NCBI GenBank assembly: GCA_035530295.1
Contig: DATKVB010000003.1
Span: 85,110-149,109, forward strand
Length of the DNA: 64,000 nucleotides
Reading direction: 5' to 3'
DNA from: a bacterium
Lineage (GTDB): Bacteria; Spirochaetota; Spirochaetia; Treponematales; UBA12059
The translations under genes and the position numbers were made by a program. Positions 56,047-63,684 of the stretch are shown here, one piece after another (within the stretch, counting starts at the first letter, position 1; each line of letters starts with the position of its first letter). A model generated the notes under the pieces. That model saw only the letters and a list, made by a program, of their open reading frames with translations, made no database searches and was not told where the DNA came from.

Positions 56047-56064
56047 GTTGCAATGTTTGGCAAC
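56047..56064. promoter_or_regulatory. putative ArsR operator 1 (imperfect palindrome)
   Basis: GTTGC-aatgtttg-GCAAC, 9 nt from the arsR ATG. Shares the GTTGCAA half-site with operator 2. Confidence 0.45.
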
Positions 56065-56090
56065 AAAAGTCAAGGAGCCTCTTGACTTTT
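56065..56090. promoter_or_regulatory. perfect 10-6-10 palindrome carrying two divergent TTGACT -35-like hexamers
   Basis: aaaagtcaag-gagcct-cttgactttt, read directly. Confidence 0.5.
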
Positions 56091-56110
56091 CTGTGCAAAG
56101 TTGCAATAAT
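56082..56110 (+). promoter_or_regulatory. candidate sigma70 promoter of the permease/thiol-redox operon
   Basis: TTGACT-17 nt-AATAAT. The -10 lies in the centre of operator 2. Confidence 0.45.
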
Positions 56111-56117
56111 TTGCAAC
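56100..56117. promoter_or_regulatory. putative ArsR operator 2 (perfect 7-4-7 palindrome)
   Basis: GTTGCAA-taat-TTGCAAC, 12 nt upstream of ATG 56129. Confidence 0.55.
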
Positions 56118-56128
56118 AAGAGGTTTCA

Positions 56129-56611
56129 ATGGATACTATAGCACTCTACCTGGTTGCTTTGACGGCACTGGCTGTATCACTGGTCAAGGATAGATCCAGA
56201 ACCGCGATGGCTTTGAAAAAAGCCATGAAAGCCCTTGAAAACATTTTACCGCAGTTTATGGTCGTGCTGATCCTGGTCGCGGTTACCTTGGCCGTACTGA
56301 ATACAGAGACCATTTCACGCTTTGTCGGTTCTGGTTCCGGCGTCTGGGGCGTACTCGGCGCGTTGCTCGTCGGTGCGATAACGCTGATTCCCGGCTTTGT
56401 TGCCTTTCCGGCAGCCGCAGCCCTGTTGGCTGGAGGCGCGGGAGCAACGCAGATAGCAGCCTTCGTCTCAAGCCTCATGATGGTGGGTGTCGTTACCCTG
56501 CCCATGGAGATTAAATTCTTCGGCAAGCAGGCAGCGATATCGCGCAACTCGCTGGCGTTCCTGTTCTCGATCGTCGCGGCAGTGTTTGTCGGATGGGTGG
56601 TGTCGCTATGA
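56129..56611 (+). CDS. DUF318/ArsP-type permease, N-terminal half (split gene)
   Basis: 160 aa from ATG 56129, about 4 TM helices. Gly-rich GSGSGVWGVLGALLVGAITLIPGFVAFPAAAALL. ATGA overlap with the next half. Confidence 0.6.
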   Translation: MDTIALYLVALTALAVSLVKDRSRTAMALKKAMKALENILPQFMVVLILVAVTLAVLNTETISRFVGSGSGVWGVLGALLVGAITLIPGFVAFPAAAALLAGGAGATQIAAFVSSLMMVGVVTLPMEIKFFGKQAAISRNSLAFLFSIVAAVFVGWVVSL

Positions 56612-57144
56612 ACAAGACCCTGAAACGCTACTCAGGCGTCTTCCTCGCCGTCGTCGCCTTCATTGCCTTTATTCTGTTATTTCCGGCATGGCGAGACAAG
56701 GCTCTAGCGTCCATCGTCTTCCAGAGCAGTACCATGCTCCTCGTGATTCCACCGATCTTCATCCTGCTCGGACTCCTCGATGTTTGGGTGCCAAGGCAGC
56801 AGATGATCAAATACATGGGCGCGGGCTCCGGAGCCAAAGGACCAGTACTCGCTTTCCTGCTCGGTTCCTTTGCGGCCGGCCCGTTGTATGGCGCTTTCCC
56901 GTTTGCCGCCATCCTCATGAAGAAGGGCGCTAGTTTCATGAACATCCTGATTTTCATCGGTGCATGGTCTACGACCAAGATTCCGATGCTCCTGTTCGAG
57001 ATTTCGGCCCTTGGCGCCCGCTTTGCACTGTCGCGCCTTGCCATCGACATCGTTGGAATCATCATCATCGCCTTTGCCATCAAGGCGACGCTGCCAAAAA
57101 AGGAAGTAGAGCGACTCTATGCCGAGGCGGCATTGATCGACTGA
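56608..57144 (+). CDS. DUF318/ArsP-type permease, C-terminal half (split gene)
   Basis: 178 aa, about 4-5 TM helices. GAGSGAKGPVLAFLLGSFAAGPLYGAFPFAA. Translationally coupled to the preceding half. Confidence 0.6.
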   Translation: MNKTLKRYSGVFLAVVAFIAFILLFPAWRDKALASIVFQSSTMLLVIPPIFILLGLLDVWVPRQQMIKYMGAGSGAKGPVLAFLLGSFAAGPLYGAFPFAAILMKKGASFMNILIFIGAWSTTKIPMLLFEISALGARFALSRLAIDIVGIIIIAFAIKATLPKKEVERLYAEAALID

Positions 57145-57202
57145 GAGCCCTTTTCGATGCACTATTAGATACGTGAATATATTTGAACCTAGGAGATTCT
57201 TT

Positions 57203-57454
57203 ATGAAGGTACAGATTCTGGGAACAGGTTGCCCCAAGTGCAAGCTCCTCGAGCAGCACGCCCGCGAGGCAGTAGCCGAGCTCGGCATACAGGTCGACAT
57301 CGAAAAGGTAACGGACGTCGAAGCGATCATGGAGATGGGCGTGATGATGACGCCAGCCCTCGCGATTGACGATGTCGTGAAGAGTGTCGGCAAGGTGCTG
57401 ACTAAAGACCAAGTAAAGTCCTATCTGGACGGAGGTAAATTCCATGCCGTGTAA
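57203..57454 (+). CDS. small thioredoxin-fold protein (redox-active disulfide protein 2 / TM0996-like)
   Basis: 83 aa. MKVQILGTGCPKCKLLEQ has the CPKC redox motif at the canonical N-terminal position. AGGAG lies upstream of ATG 57203. Confidence 0.8.
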   Translation: MKVQILGTGCPKCKLLEQHAREAVAELGIQVDIEKVTDVEAIMEMGVMMTPALAIDDVVKSVGKVLTKDQVKSYLDGGKFHAV

Positions 57455-57812
57455 TTGTGGAAGCAACAACGAAACCAATCTGATTTATGCATGTTCAGGT
57501 GCAGCCAATACCGGACTCCTGGCCGACCAGGTGATGCGTACCCTGAACCGGGACAAGATCGGCGACAGCACCTGCCTCGCGGCGATGGGAGCCGACCTTT
57601 CTGGCTTCCTCCAGTCCGCGAGAAATGCGACGAGGAATATAGTGCTCGACGGGTGCAAGGTATCCTGTGGAAAGAAGATATTCGAGAAGAACGGCATCCC
57701 GTACCAGCACTACATCATGACCGACTATGAAGTCGAGAAGGGCAAGACGCCTATCACCGGAGACCTTATCGAGGCCGTCGCGGAACGGATAGCCGACCAG
57801 GTGAAGTCATGA
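57444..57812 (+). CDS. DGC-domain putative zinc-binding protein
   Basis: 122 aa, Cys-rich (MPCNCG..., YACSGAANTG, VLDGCKVSCGKK containing the DGC tripeptide). GGAGGT SD. 11-nt overlap with the upstream gene. Confidence 0.65.
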   Translation: MPCNCGSNNETNLIYACSGAANTGLLADQVMRTLNRDKIGDSTCLAAMGADLSGFLQSARNATRNIVLDGCKVSCGKKIFEKNGIPYQHYIMTDYEVEKGKTPITGDLIEAVAERIADQVKS

Positions 57813-58993
57813 GCGCGAAAGAATTGTCCCCGAACAAGAAGCTTCTCATTGTCTTCGGCGTCTTCCTCGCGGCCTACTTCATTCCCTGGGGCGCATCACG
57901 CGTGCTCGGCGCGACGAACGAGGCATTCCTCATGCTCGGCGAGTACGCCCGGCAGCATGTGCTCCTCTGCCTTGTGCCGGCCATGTTCATCGCCGGAGCG
58001 ATCACGGTATTCCTGAACCAGCAGGCGGTCATGCGCTACCTCGGGCCAGACGCCAACCGCCTCACCGCCTATGGGGTCGCCTCGGTCTCGGGCGCCATCC
58101 TCGCGGTCTGCTCCTGCACGGTCCTGCCGATCTTCAAGGGCATCTACAAGAAGGGCGCGGGCATTGGCCCCGCCGTTGCTTTCTTGTACTCGGGGCCGGC
58201 CATCAATATCCTCGCCATCGTGCTGTCGGCCAAGGTTTTCGGCTGGAAGCTCGGTCTGGCCAGGACGGTGGGCGCCATCCTCTTCTCAATTGTCATCGGT
58301 CTCCTTATGGCCCTCATCTACCGCAAGGAGGACAAGCAGCGCGCTGCCGACGCGCGGATGTTCGCCAAGCCGGATGAGAAGCCCGCGCGGAGCCTCGGGC
58401 AGATGGTCGTCTATATGGCGAGCATGATCGGCATCCTCGTGTTCGTGAACTGGGCCAATTCCAAGGGCGGCAGCTCGGTCTGGGATGCGATCTATACCGC
58501 GAAGTACTGGATCACCGGCGCCTTCGCGTTGGTCCTGGTTTACACCCTCGCCAAGTGGTTCACGAAGGATGATCGCCTGGAGTGGGTGGTCGCGACTCGT
58601 GACTTCTCCCTGCAAATCCTGCCGCTCCTCTTCGGGGGTGTGCTTGTCTCCGGTTTCCTGCTGGGGCGCCCGGGGCATGACGCCCTCATCCCGAGCGCCT
58701 GGATCGGGAGCCTTCTCGGCGGCAATTCCTTCTTCGCCAACTTCGTGGCCTCATTGGCCGGCGCCCTGATGTACTTTGCAACGCTGACCGAGATTCCAAT
58801 CGTCCAGGGCCTCCTCGGCGCGGGTATGGGACAGGGGCCGGCGTTGGCACTCCTTCTCGCGGGACCGAGTCTCTCACTGCCTTCGATACTTGTCATCGCG
58901 GGCGAGCTCGGCTGGAAGAAGACATTGACCTACACGGGCTTGGTGGTAGCCCTTTCGACCCTCGCAGGACTCGCCTTTGGTACCATTGTCTGA
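57809..58993 (+). CDS. full-length DUF318/ArsP/YraQ-type permease
   Basis: 394 aa, about 9-10 TM helices. CxC motif in a TM helix (AILAVCSCTVLPIFKG) followed by GIGPAVAFLYSGPAINI. ATGA overlap with the DGC gene. Confidence 0.75.
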   Translation: MSAKELSPNKKLLIVFGVFLAAYFIPWGASRVLGATNEAFLMLGEYARQHVLLCLVPAMFIAGAITVFLNQQAVMRYLGPDANRLTAYGVASVSGAILAVCSCTVLPIFKGIYKKGAGIGPAVAFLYSGPAINILAIVLSAKVFGWKLGLARTVGAILFSIVIGLLMALIYRKEDKQRAADARMFAKPDEKPARSLGQMVVYMASMIGILVFVNWANSKGGSSVWDAIYTAKYWITGAFALVLVYTLAKWFTKDDRLEWVVATRDFSLQILPLLFGGVLVSGFLLGRPGHDALIPSAWIGSLLGGNSFFANFVASLAGALMYFATLTEIPIVQGLLGAGMGQGPALALLLAGPSLSLPSILVIAGELGWKKTLTYTGLVVALSTLAGLAFGTIV

Positions 58994-59047
58994 TGTTTTT
59001 TTCCCGTGGCAAGTGCTAAGCGCGCCGCGGCTTAGGAAGGAGCTACC

Positions 59048-59410
59048 ATGACCATTATAGAACGATTCGAAGCCATGAAGAAGTCCGGCGCCGAGGTCCA
59101 GCGCCCTCTCGAGCTCTTTGGGGAGCTCGACCCGAAAAACACGATCGCCCATCTCGAAGCCAAGACCGCGACATTCTCCGACGGAGCTGTCCCGATAAAA
59201 TACAAGGCTCTCGCGGCGATATCGGCAGCCGTCGCCCTTGATTCGCCCTCGTGCATCATGAACAACGTGAAGCTGGCCACGATGAATGGAGCGAGCAAGG
59301 CGGAGATCATGGAAGTGATCGCTGTCGCCAGGTTCGCGAAGGCCGCGACAGTCATCTCGTCATCGGCGCCTGCGCTCGAATGGCTCGCGGCGCGGGAGAA
59401 GCAAGAATGA
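59048..59410 (+). CDS. carboxymuconolactone decarboxylase (AhpD-like) family protein
   Basis: 120 aa. PIKYKALAAISAAVALDSPSCIMNNVKLATMNGASKAEIMEVIAV fits the CMD/AhpD helical core, but only a single Cys sits at the usual CxxC position. AGGAAGGAG SD. Confidence 0.65.
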   Translation: MTIIERFEAMKKSGAEVQRPLELFGELDPKNTIAHLEAKTATFSDGAVPIKYKALAAISAAVALDSPSCIMNNVKLATMNGASKAEIMEVIAVARFAKAATVISSSAPALEWLAAREKQE

Positions 59411-59826
59411 GACCTCGATGGACCGCGATCGCCTTAGTTTCCCTTGCCCTTGTGGCAGTAAGTTGCTCGAAGGCGTCCGCGGATCCCGGCGCCGGGTCGC
59501 CCGGGGGAACACCAACCATCCCGGTTGCGGTAACGAAGGCGCGGATGGTCACCTTCATCGAGCTTGGCTCGGTGAAGTGCATCCCGTGCAAGGCCATGCA
59601 GCCGGTGATGGAATCCGTCCGCACAAAATACTCCGATGAGGTCAGCGTGCTCTTCTACGATGTCTGGACCAGTGAAGGCCAGCCCTACGGACAGAAGTTC
59701 CGAATCAGGGTCATCCCAACCCAGGTGTTCCTCGATAAGGACGGCAAGGAGTATTACCGCCACGAGGGCTTTTTCCCGGAGGAGGAGCTCCTGAAGATCC
59801 TCGCGAAGGGCGGCGTCAAGCTGTGA
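59407..59826 (+). CDS. exported lipoprotein with thioredoxin fold (CIPC active site)
   Basis: Signal peptide plus lipobox (LALVAVSC). VTFIELGSVKCIPCKAMQPVM redox motif. ATGA overlap upstream. Confidence 0.75.
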   Translation: MRPRWTAIALVSLALVAVSCSKASADPGAGSPGGTPTIPVAVTKARMVTFIELGSVKCIPCKAMQPVMESVRTKYSDEVSVLFYDVWTSEGQPYGQKFRIRVIPTQVFLDKDGKEYYRHEGFFPEEELLKILAKGGVKL

Positions 59827-60524
59827 TCGAATCCATAGTCGCCTCGATCAGCGCGGCTTTCGACACTCCCTCGGCGATCGCCTTCGGAGCGGCGGCATTG
59901 TGGGGGCTCCTGAGCGTTCTCCTGAGCCCCTGCCATCTCGGAGCCATTCCGCTCATCGTGGCCTACATCAACAATGGCACCCGTCCGGGCAGGCGACGAG
60001 CCTTCTGCTATTCCTTCCTGTTCGCCATGGGCCTCCTTGTCATGCTCGCCATAATCGGCGTTGTGACGAGTCTGGCTGGAAGGCTCTTGGGTGATGTCGG
60101 CCCCGTGGCCAGGATAATCGTGGCGGTCTTCCTGATCCTCTGCGGGCTTTGGCTCATGGACGTCCCGCCTTTCTCCCGCCTGACGCCTTCCTTTTCGGTG
60201 AAGCAGGGCGGTCGGCGAGGTCCGCTTGGCGCCTTAGCCCTTGGTCTCGTCTACGGGGTGATCCTCGGTCCCTGCTCCTTCGCCTTCCTCGCGCCGATGC
60301 TCGGCTTCGTATTCTCCGCAGGACGGGCGGAGATCGCCTATGGCGCCAGTCTTATGGCTTTCTACGCGCTCGGCCACACCGTGGCTATTGTCGCGGCGGG
60401 GACCTTCGGGGACTACGTCGGTCGCCTGCTTCGAAAGAAAGGCGCGGGTATGGCCGCGACCTGGTTCAAGAGAATCCTCGGCGCCATCGTCATGATCGCT
60501 GGCTTATTGCAGATTATCGGTTGA
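59823..60524 (+). CDS. ccdA: CcdA/DsbD-family transmembrane thiol:disulfide electron transporter
   Basis: 233 aa, 6 TM helices, with two membrane-embedded Cys (LLSPCHLGAIPL and ILGPCSFAFLAP). GTGA overlap upstream. Confidence 0.8.
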   Translation: MIESIVASISAAFDTPSAIAFGAAALWGLLSVLLSPCHLGAIPLIVAYINNGTRPGRRRAFCYSFLFAMGLLVMLAIIGVVTSLAGRLLGDVGPVARIIVAVFLILCGLWLMDVPPFSRLTPSFSVKQGGRRGPLGALALGLVYGVILGPCSFAFLAPMLGFVFSAGRAEIAYGASLMAFYALGHTVAIVAAGTFGDYVGRLLRKKGAGMAATWFKRILGAIVMIAGLLQIIG

Positions 60525-60548
60525 ATCAACACCGTGAAAGGAAGATCA

Positions 60549-61526
60549 ATGGAACGCAACGCTGAAGACGGACATACCGGACATCATCACCATCATGCCG
60601 ATGGGCACATCCATGGCGCGAAAGCCATCTCTGGTGGAGGTTCGGGCCGCAAGCTCCTCCTGTCGCTGGTCATCACAGGAGCCACGCTCGTGGCAGAGCT
60701 GGTCGGAGGACTCCTCACGGGAAGCCTGGCCCTGCTTTCCGATGCGGCGCACGTCTTTCTGGACATCTTCGCCCTGGCTCTGAGTTACGGCGCGATCAGG
60801 CTCGCGGCCCGCGCCCCGAGCGGAAAGCACAGCTACGGTTTCGCCAGGATGAAGGTGCTGGCCGCCTTCATCAACGGCGCGACGTTGCTCCTCATCTCGG
60901 TTGAGATCTTCCGCGAGTCTGTCGCGCGATTCGCCAATCCCCACTCCGTCCTCGCCCTGCCCATGCTTGTCGTCGCCGGGATCGGTCTCGTCGCCAACCT
61001 CCTTGTCGCTCTGGTTCTCGGCGGGCACGACCATGAGGACCTCAACGCGCGCTCCGCCTTCCTCCATGTGGTCGGGGACGCGCTCTCTTCGGTAGGTGTC
61101 ATCCTAGCTGGAATCATCATGCTACTCACCGGCTGGACCTGGGTTGACCCGGTCGCGAGCATGCTGATCGGCATCATCATCCTGTCTGGCTCGTTCCGGG
61201 TGCTTAAGGAGGCGATCCACCTGCTCAACGAGGGTGCCCCCGAGGATGCCGAGGGCGATGAGGTGACGGCCGCGCTCGCGGCCCTACCTGGCGTGAAGAG
61301 CGTGCATGACACCCATGTGTGGGCCCTCGACCCCTCGTTCCGCGTCTTGAGCGCGCATATCGTGCTCGAGGATCAACCTTTGAGTCGAACCGCCGGGCTC
61401 ATGTCGGACGTGAAGCGTCTGCTACGCGAGCGGTACAAGGTTGAACATACGACCATACAGTTCGAATGCGCCGATTGCGAGCAGTGCTCAGGTTCTGCGG
61501 ATTGTGAAGAAGGAGTTACCCTATGA
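60549..61526 (+). CDS. cation diffusion facilitator (CzcD/ZitB-like) metal efflux protein
   Basis: His-rich N-terminus GHTGHHHHHADGHIHG. TM2 LSDAAHVFLD and TM5 LHVVGDALSS HxxxD metal sites. Cys-rich C-terminus CADCEQCSGSADCEEG. Confidence 0.9.
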   Translation: MERNAEDGHTGHHHHHADGHIHGAKAISGGGSGRKLLLSLVITGATLVAELVGGLLTGSLALLSDAAHVFLDIFALALSYGAIRLAARAPSGKHSYGFARMKVLAAFINGATLLLISVEIFRESVARFANPHSVLALPMLVVAGIGLVANLLVALVLGGHDHEDLNARSAFLHVVGDALSSVGVILAGIIMLLTGWTWVDPVASMLIGIIILSGSFRVLKEAIHLLNEGAPEDAEGDEVTAALAALPGVKSVHDTHVWALDPSFRVLSAHIVLEDQPLSRTAGLMSDVKRLLRERYKVEHTTIQFECADCEQCSGSADCEEGVTL

Positions 61527-62302
61527 TCACTGTTGCCCTTCTGCTCAAGGGCCTTGCCGCCGCCATCATCGTCGGCTTTGTGACCGCGTCAATCAAGTCA
61601 TGGGTTGACCGTGTCTTCCTCGTCATCATGCTGGTCGGCCTCGTTGGCCTTCCAATCTCGGACGCTATCATCGTCAACCTGGCCGTTGTAGCGCTTGCGG
61701 CCCTTCTCATGGTCGTGCGTCAACGGAAAATGCTCTCCTCCGCCATCCCCACAGGGAAGGCCGAGTGGCTCCTTATTATCATCCCGGCGCTTCTGGGCGG
61801 TATCGGTGGTCGACTGGCCGGCTCGGCGCTCGGTTCGGGCGTCTTGCTGTTTATACTGGGCGTCTACGCCATCTTGGTCGGCATCCGGATCCTGTTGATT
61901 AAGCCTTTGCCCGAGCGGGAGACGAAAACCCGCATGGCCTGGATTGGCCCCGTTAGTCTTGCCTCGGGCGTTCTCGCGGGACTCATCTCTGCCGGCGGCA
62001 AGCCGTTTACCGTTCCAGCCTACAACAACGCGATGGGACATCATCCGCAACGGGCCTATGCTTTCGCCTCCCTTGGAGTTGCGGTGGCAAGCTGGGCCGC
62101 GATGGCGACGCAGCTTGCTGTTATCTCCATGCCTTCACTTTCCGAAATACTCCTCGCCCTCTACGAGTTTGTCCTCATCACTGCGGTAGCCCTTGTCGTG
62201 AACAGGTTCTGGTCCCAGAAGCTCAACAAGATCGTAAATCTGGTCATAGCTCCGGTTCTGGTTCTGGTCGGTATTCGCTTTATATTGCTGGCTCTGTCCT
62301 GA
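61523..62302 (+). CDS. TauE/SafE (TSUP) family membrane transporter
   Basis: 259 aa, about 8 TM helices, with Gly-rich repeats typical of TSUP proteins. ATGA overlap with the CDF gene and a GAAGGAG SD. The family call is moderately supported. Confidence 0.6.
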   Translation: MITVALLLKGLAAAIIVGFVTASIKSWVDRVFLVIMLVGLVGLPISDAIIVNLAVVALAALLMVVRQRKMLSSAIPTGKAEWLLIIIPALLGGIGGRLAGSALGSGVLLFILGVYAILVGIRILLIKPLPERETKTRMAWIGPVSLASGVLAGLISAGGKPFTVPAYNNAMGHHPQRAYAFASLGVAVASWAAMATQLAVISMPSLSEILLALYEFVLITAVALVVNRFWSQKLNKIVNLVIAPVLVLVGIRFILLALS

Positions 62303-62375
62303 GGAGTGCGAGCGGGGCCGGGTGGTATCGCCGAGCCCTCGTTCCACCAAGGGACCATGGCAATACGTTTTTCGG

Positions 62376-62404
62376 TTGACAGTCAATCGGAGTAGTTATA
62401 GTAT
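62376..62404 (+). promoter_or_regulatory. candidate sigma70 promoter of the second arsR module, probably giving a leaderless or near-leaderless mRNA
   Basis: TTGACA-17 nt-TAGTAT ends 7 nt before ATG 62412. The -35 is embedded in the palindrome TTGAC-A-GTCAA. No SD precedes the ATG. Confidence 0.5.
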
Positions 62405-62411
62405 ATCGTCG

Positions 62412-62786
62412 ATGAACGATAAGTCAATGTTGCCAGGCGCTTCCTCTTCCGAGGGGACCCCTGACCATGCGGGTGCGGCTGACGAAGAGCTCTCATCGCT
62501 TGCCAAGGCGCTTGCCCATCCGGTGCGAGTTCAGATCCTCAGGATCCTGGCCGGGAGGACGAGTTGCGTCTGCGGCGATATCGTCAGCCAGCTGCCCCTG
62601 GCCCAATCCACCGTTTCCGAACATTTACGGATTCTGAAAGCCTCTGGTTTGATTCTCGGTGAAGTAGACGGACCGCGCGTCTGTTACTGCATCGATGTTA
62701 CGGTTCTCGATCGGTTCAGGTCCCTTGTTCAAGAGTTACCCCGGCCCGTCGACCTGTCGAAGCAATCAAATTTCGAGGTGAACTAG
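62412..62786 (+). CDS. ArsR/SmtB-family metal(loid)-responsive repressor (second copy)
   Basis: 124 aa from ATG 62412. LAKALAHPVRVQILRIL, and a CVC motif plus HTH (SCVCGDIVSQLPLAQSTVSEHLRILKASGLI). Confidence 0.85.
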   Translation: MNDKSMLPGASSSEGTPDHAGAADEELSSLAKALAHPVRVQILRILAGRTSCVCGDIVSQLPLAQSTVSEHLRILKASGLILGEVDGPRVCYCIDVTVLDRFRSLVQELPRPVDLSKQSNFEVN

Positions 62787-63671
62787 GTGAATACCCTGCT
62801 TGAGTCGCTGAAGTTCTTCTTCTCGATCTTTCTGGAGCTCACGGCCCTCTTCCTGGGCATCAGCACCCTCATAGGGCTTATCTTCCGCTTCATCTCGCAG
62901 GAGGCATTGGGCAAGGCGCTTTCGAAGAAAGGCCTGCTTGGCAATTTCCTGGGAGCCGCGCTCGGCGCGGTCACGCCTTTCTGCTCCTGCTCCACGATTC
63001 CCATGACGGTGGGCCTGCTCCGTGCCGGGGTTCCCTTCGGCGCGACTATGTCCTTCGTCCTCGCCTCTCCCCTGCTCAACCCGATCATTCTGACCATGTT
63101 TTTCGCCTTGCTGGGCTGGAAGGCCACCCTCATCTATGGGGGTGTCACCTTCCTTGCGGCCATGTTCAGCGGCGCGGTCCTTGAGGTATTGGGGCTGCAG
63201 AAAGATGTCAAGAAGGTCAGGATCAGCGGAGGGCGCCAGGAGAGCGACAGGTCGTTGCCTTTCGCGATGAAGTTGCGCGAAGCCTCCCAGGACGCATGGC
63301 ATGATTTCACCGGCATCCTCGTCTATCTGGTCCTGGGTGTCGCTGTCGGCGCGGCGATCTACGGCTACCTGCCCATGGATTTCGTGACGAGGCTCGCTGG
63401 TTCCGGCAACCCCTTCGCGATTCCCGTGGCGGCGATCATCGGTATCCCTCTCTATGTGCGCGCCGAGACCGTGATCCCCATCGCCGTCGCCCTCACCCAG
63501 AAGGGCATGAGCATGGGCGCGGTGCTGGCCCTTGTTATCGGCGGCGCGGGTATGAGCATTCCGGAGATGAGCATGCTTGCGGGGATCTTCAAGCGGCGAC
63601 TCGTGGTCGTATTCGTTGGAGTAGTATTCCTGACCGCGGTGATCGCGGGCTTCAGTTTCAACGTTCTTTAG
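62787..63671 (+). CDS. ArsP-like (DUF318) permease
   Basis: 294 aa. The GTG start abuts the arsR stop. VTPFCSCSTIPMTVGLLRAGVPFGATMSFVLASPLLNPI carries the TPFCSC-type motif remembered for organoarsenical permease ArsP relatives. Confidence 0.75.
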   Translation: MNTLLESLKFFFSIFLELTALFLGISTLIGLIFRFISQEALGKALSKKGLLGNFLGAALGAVTPFCSCSTIPMTVGLLRAGVPFGATMSFVLASPLLNPIILTMFFALLGWKATLIYGGVTFLAAMFSGAVLEVLGLQKDVKKVRISGGRQESDRSLPFAMKLREASQDAWHDFTGILVYLVLGVAVGAAIYGYLPMDFVTRLAGSGNPFAIPVAAIIGIPLYVRAETVIPIAVALTQKGMSMGAVLALVIGGAGMSIPEMSMLAGIFKRRLVVVFVGVVFLTAVIAGFSFNVL

Positions 63672-63684
63672 GTAGGAGTAAGCC

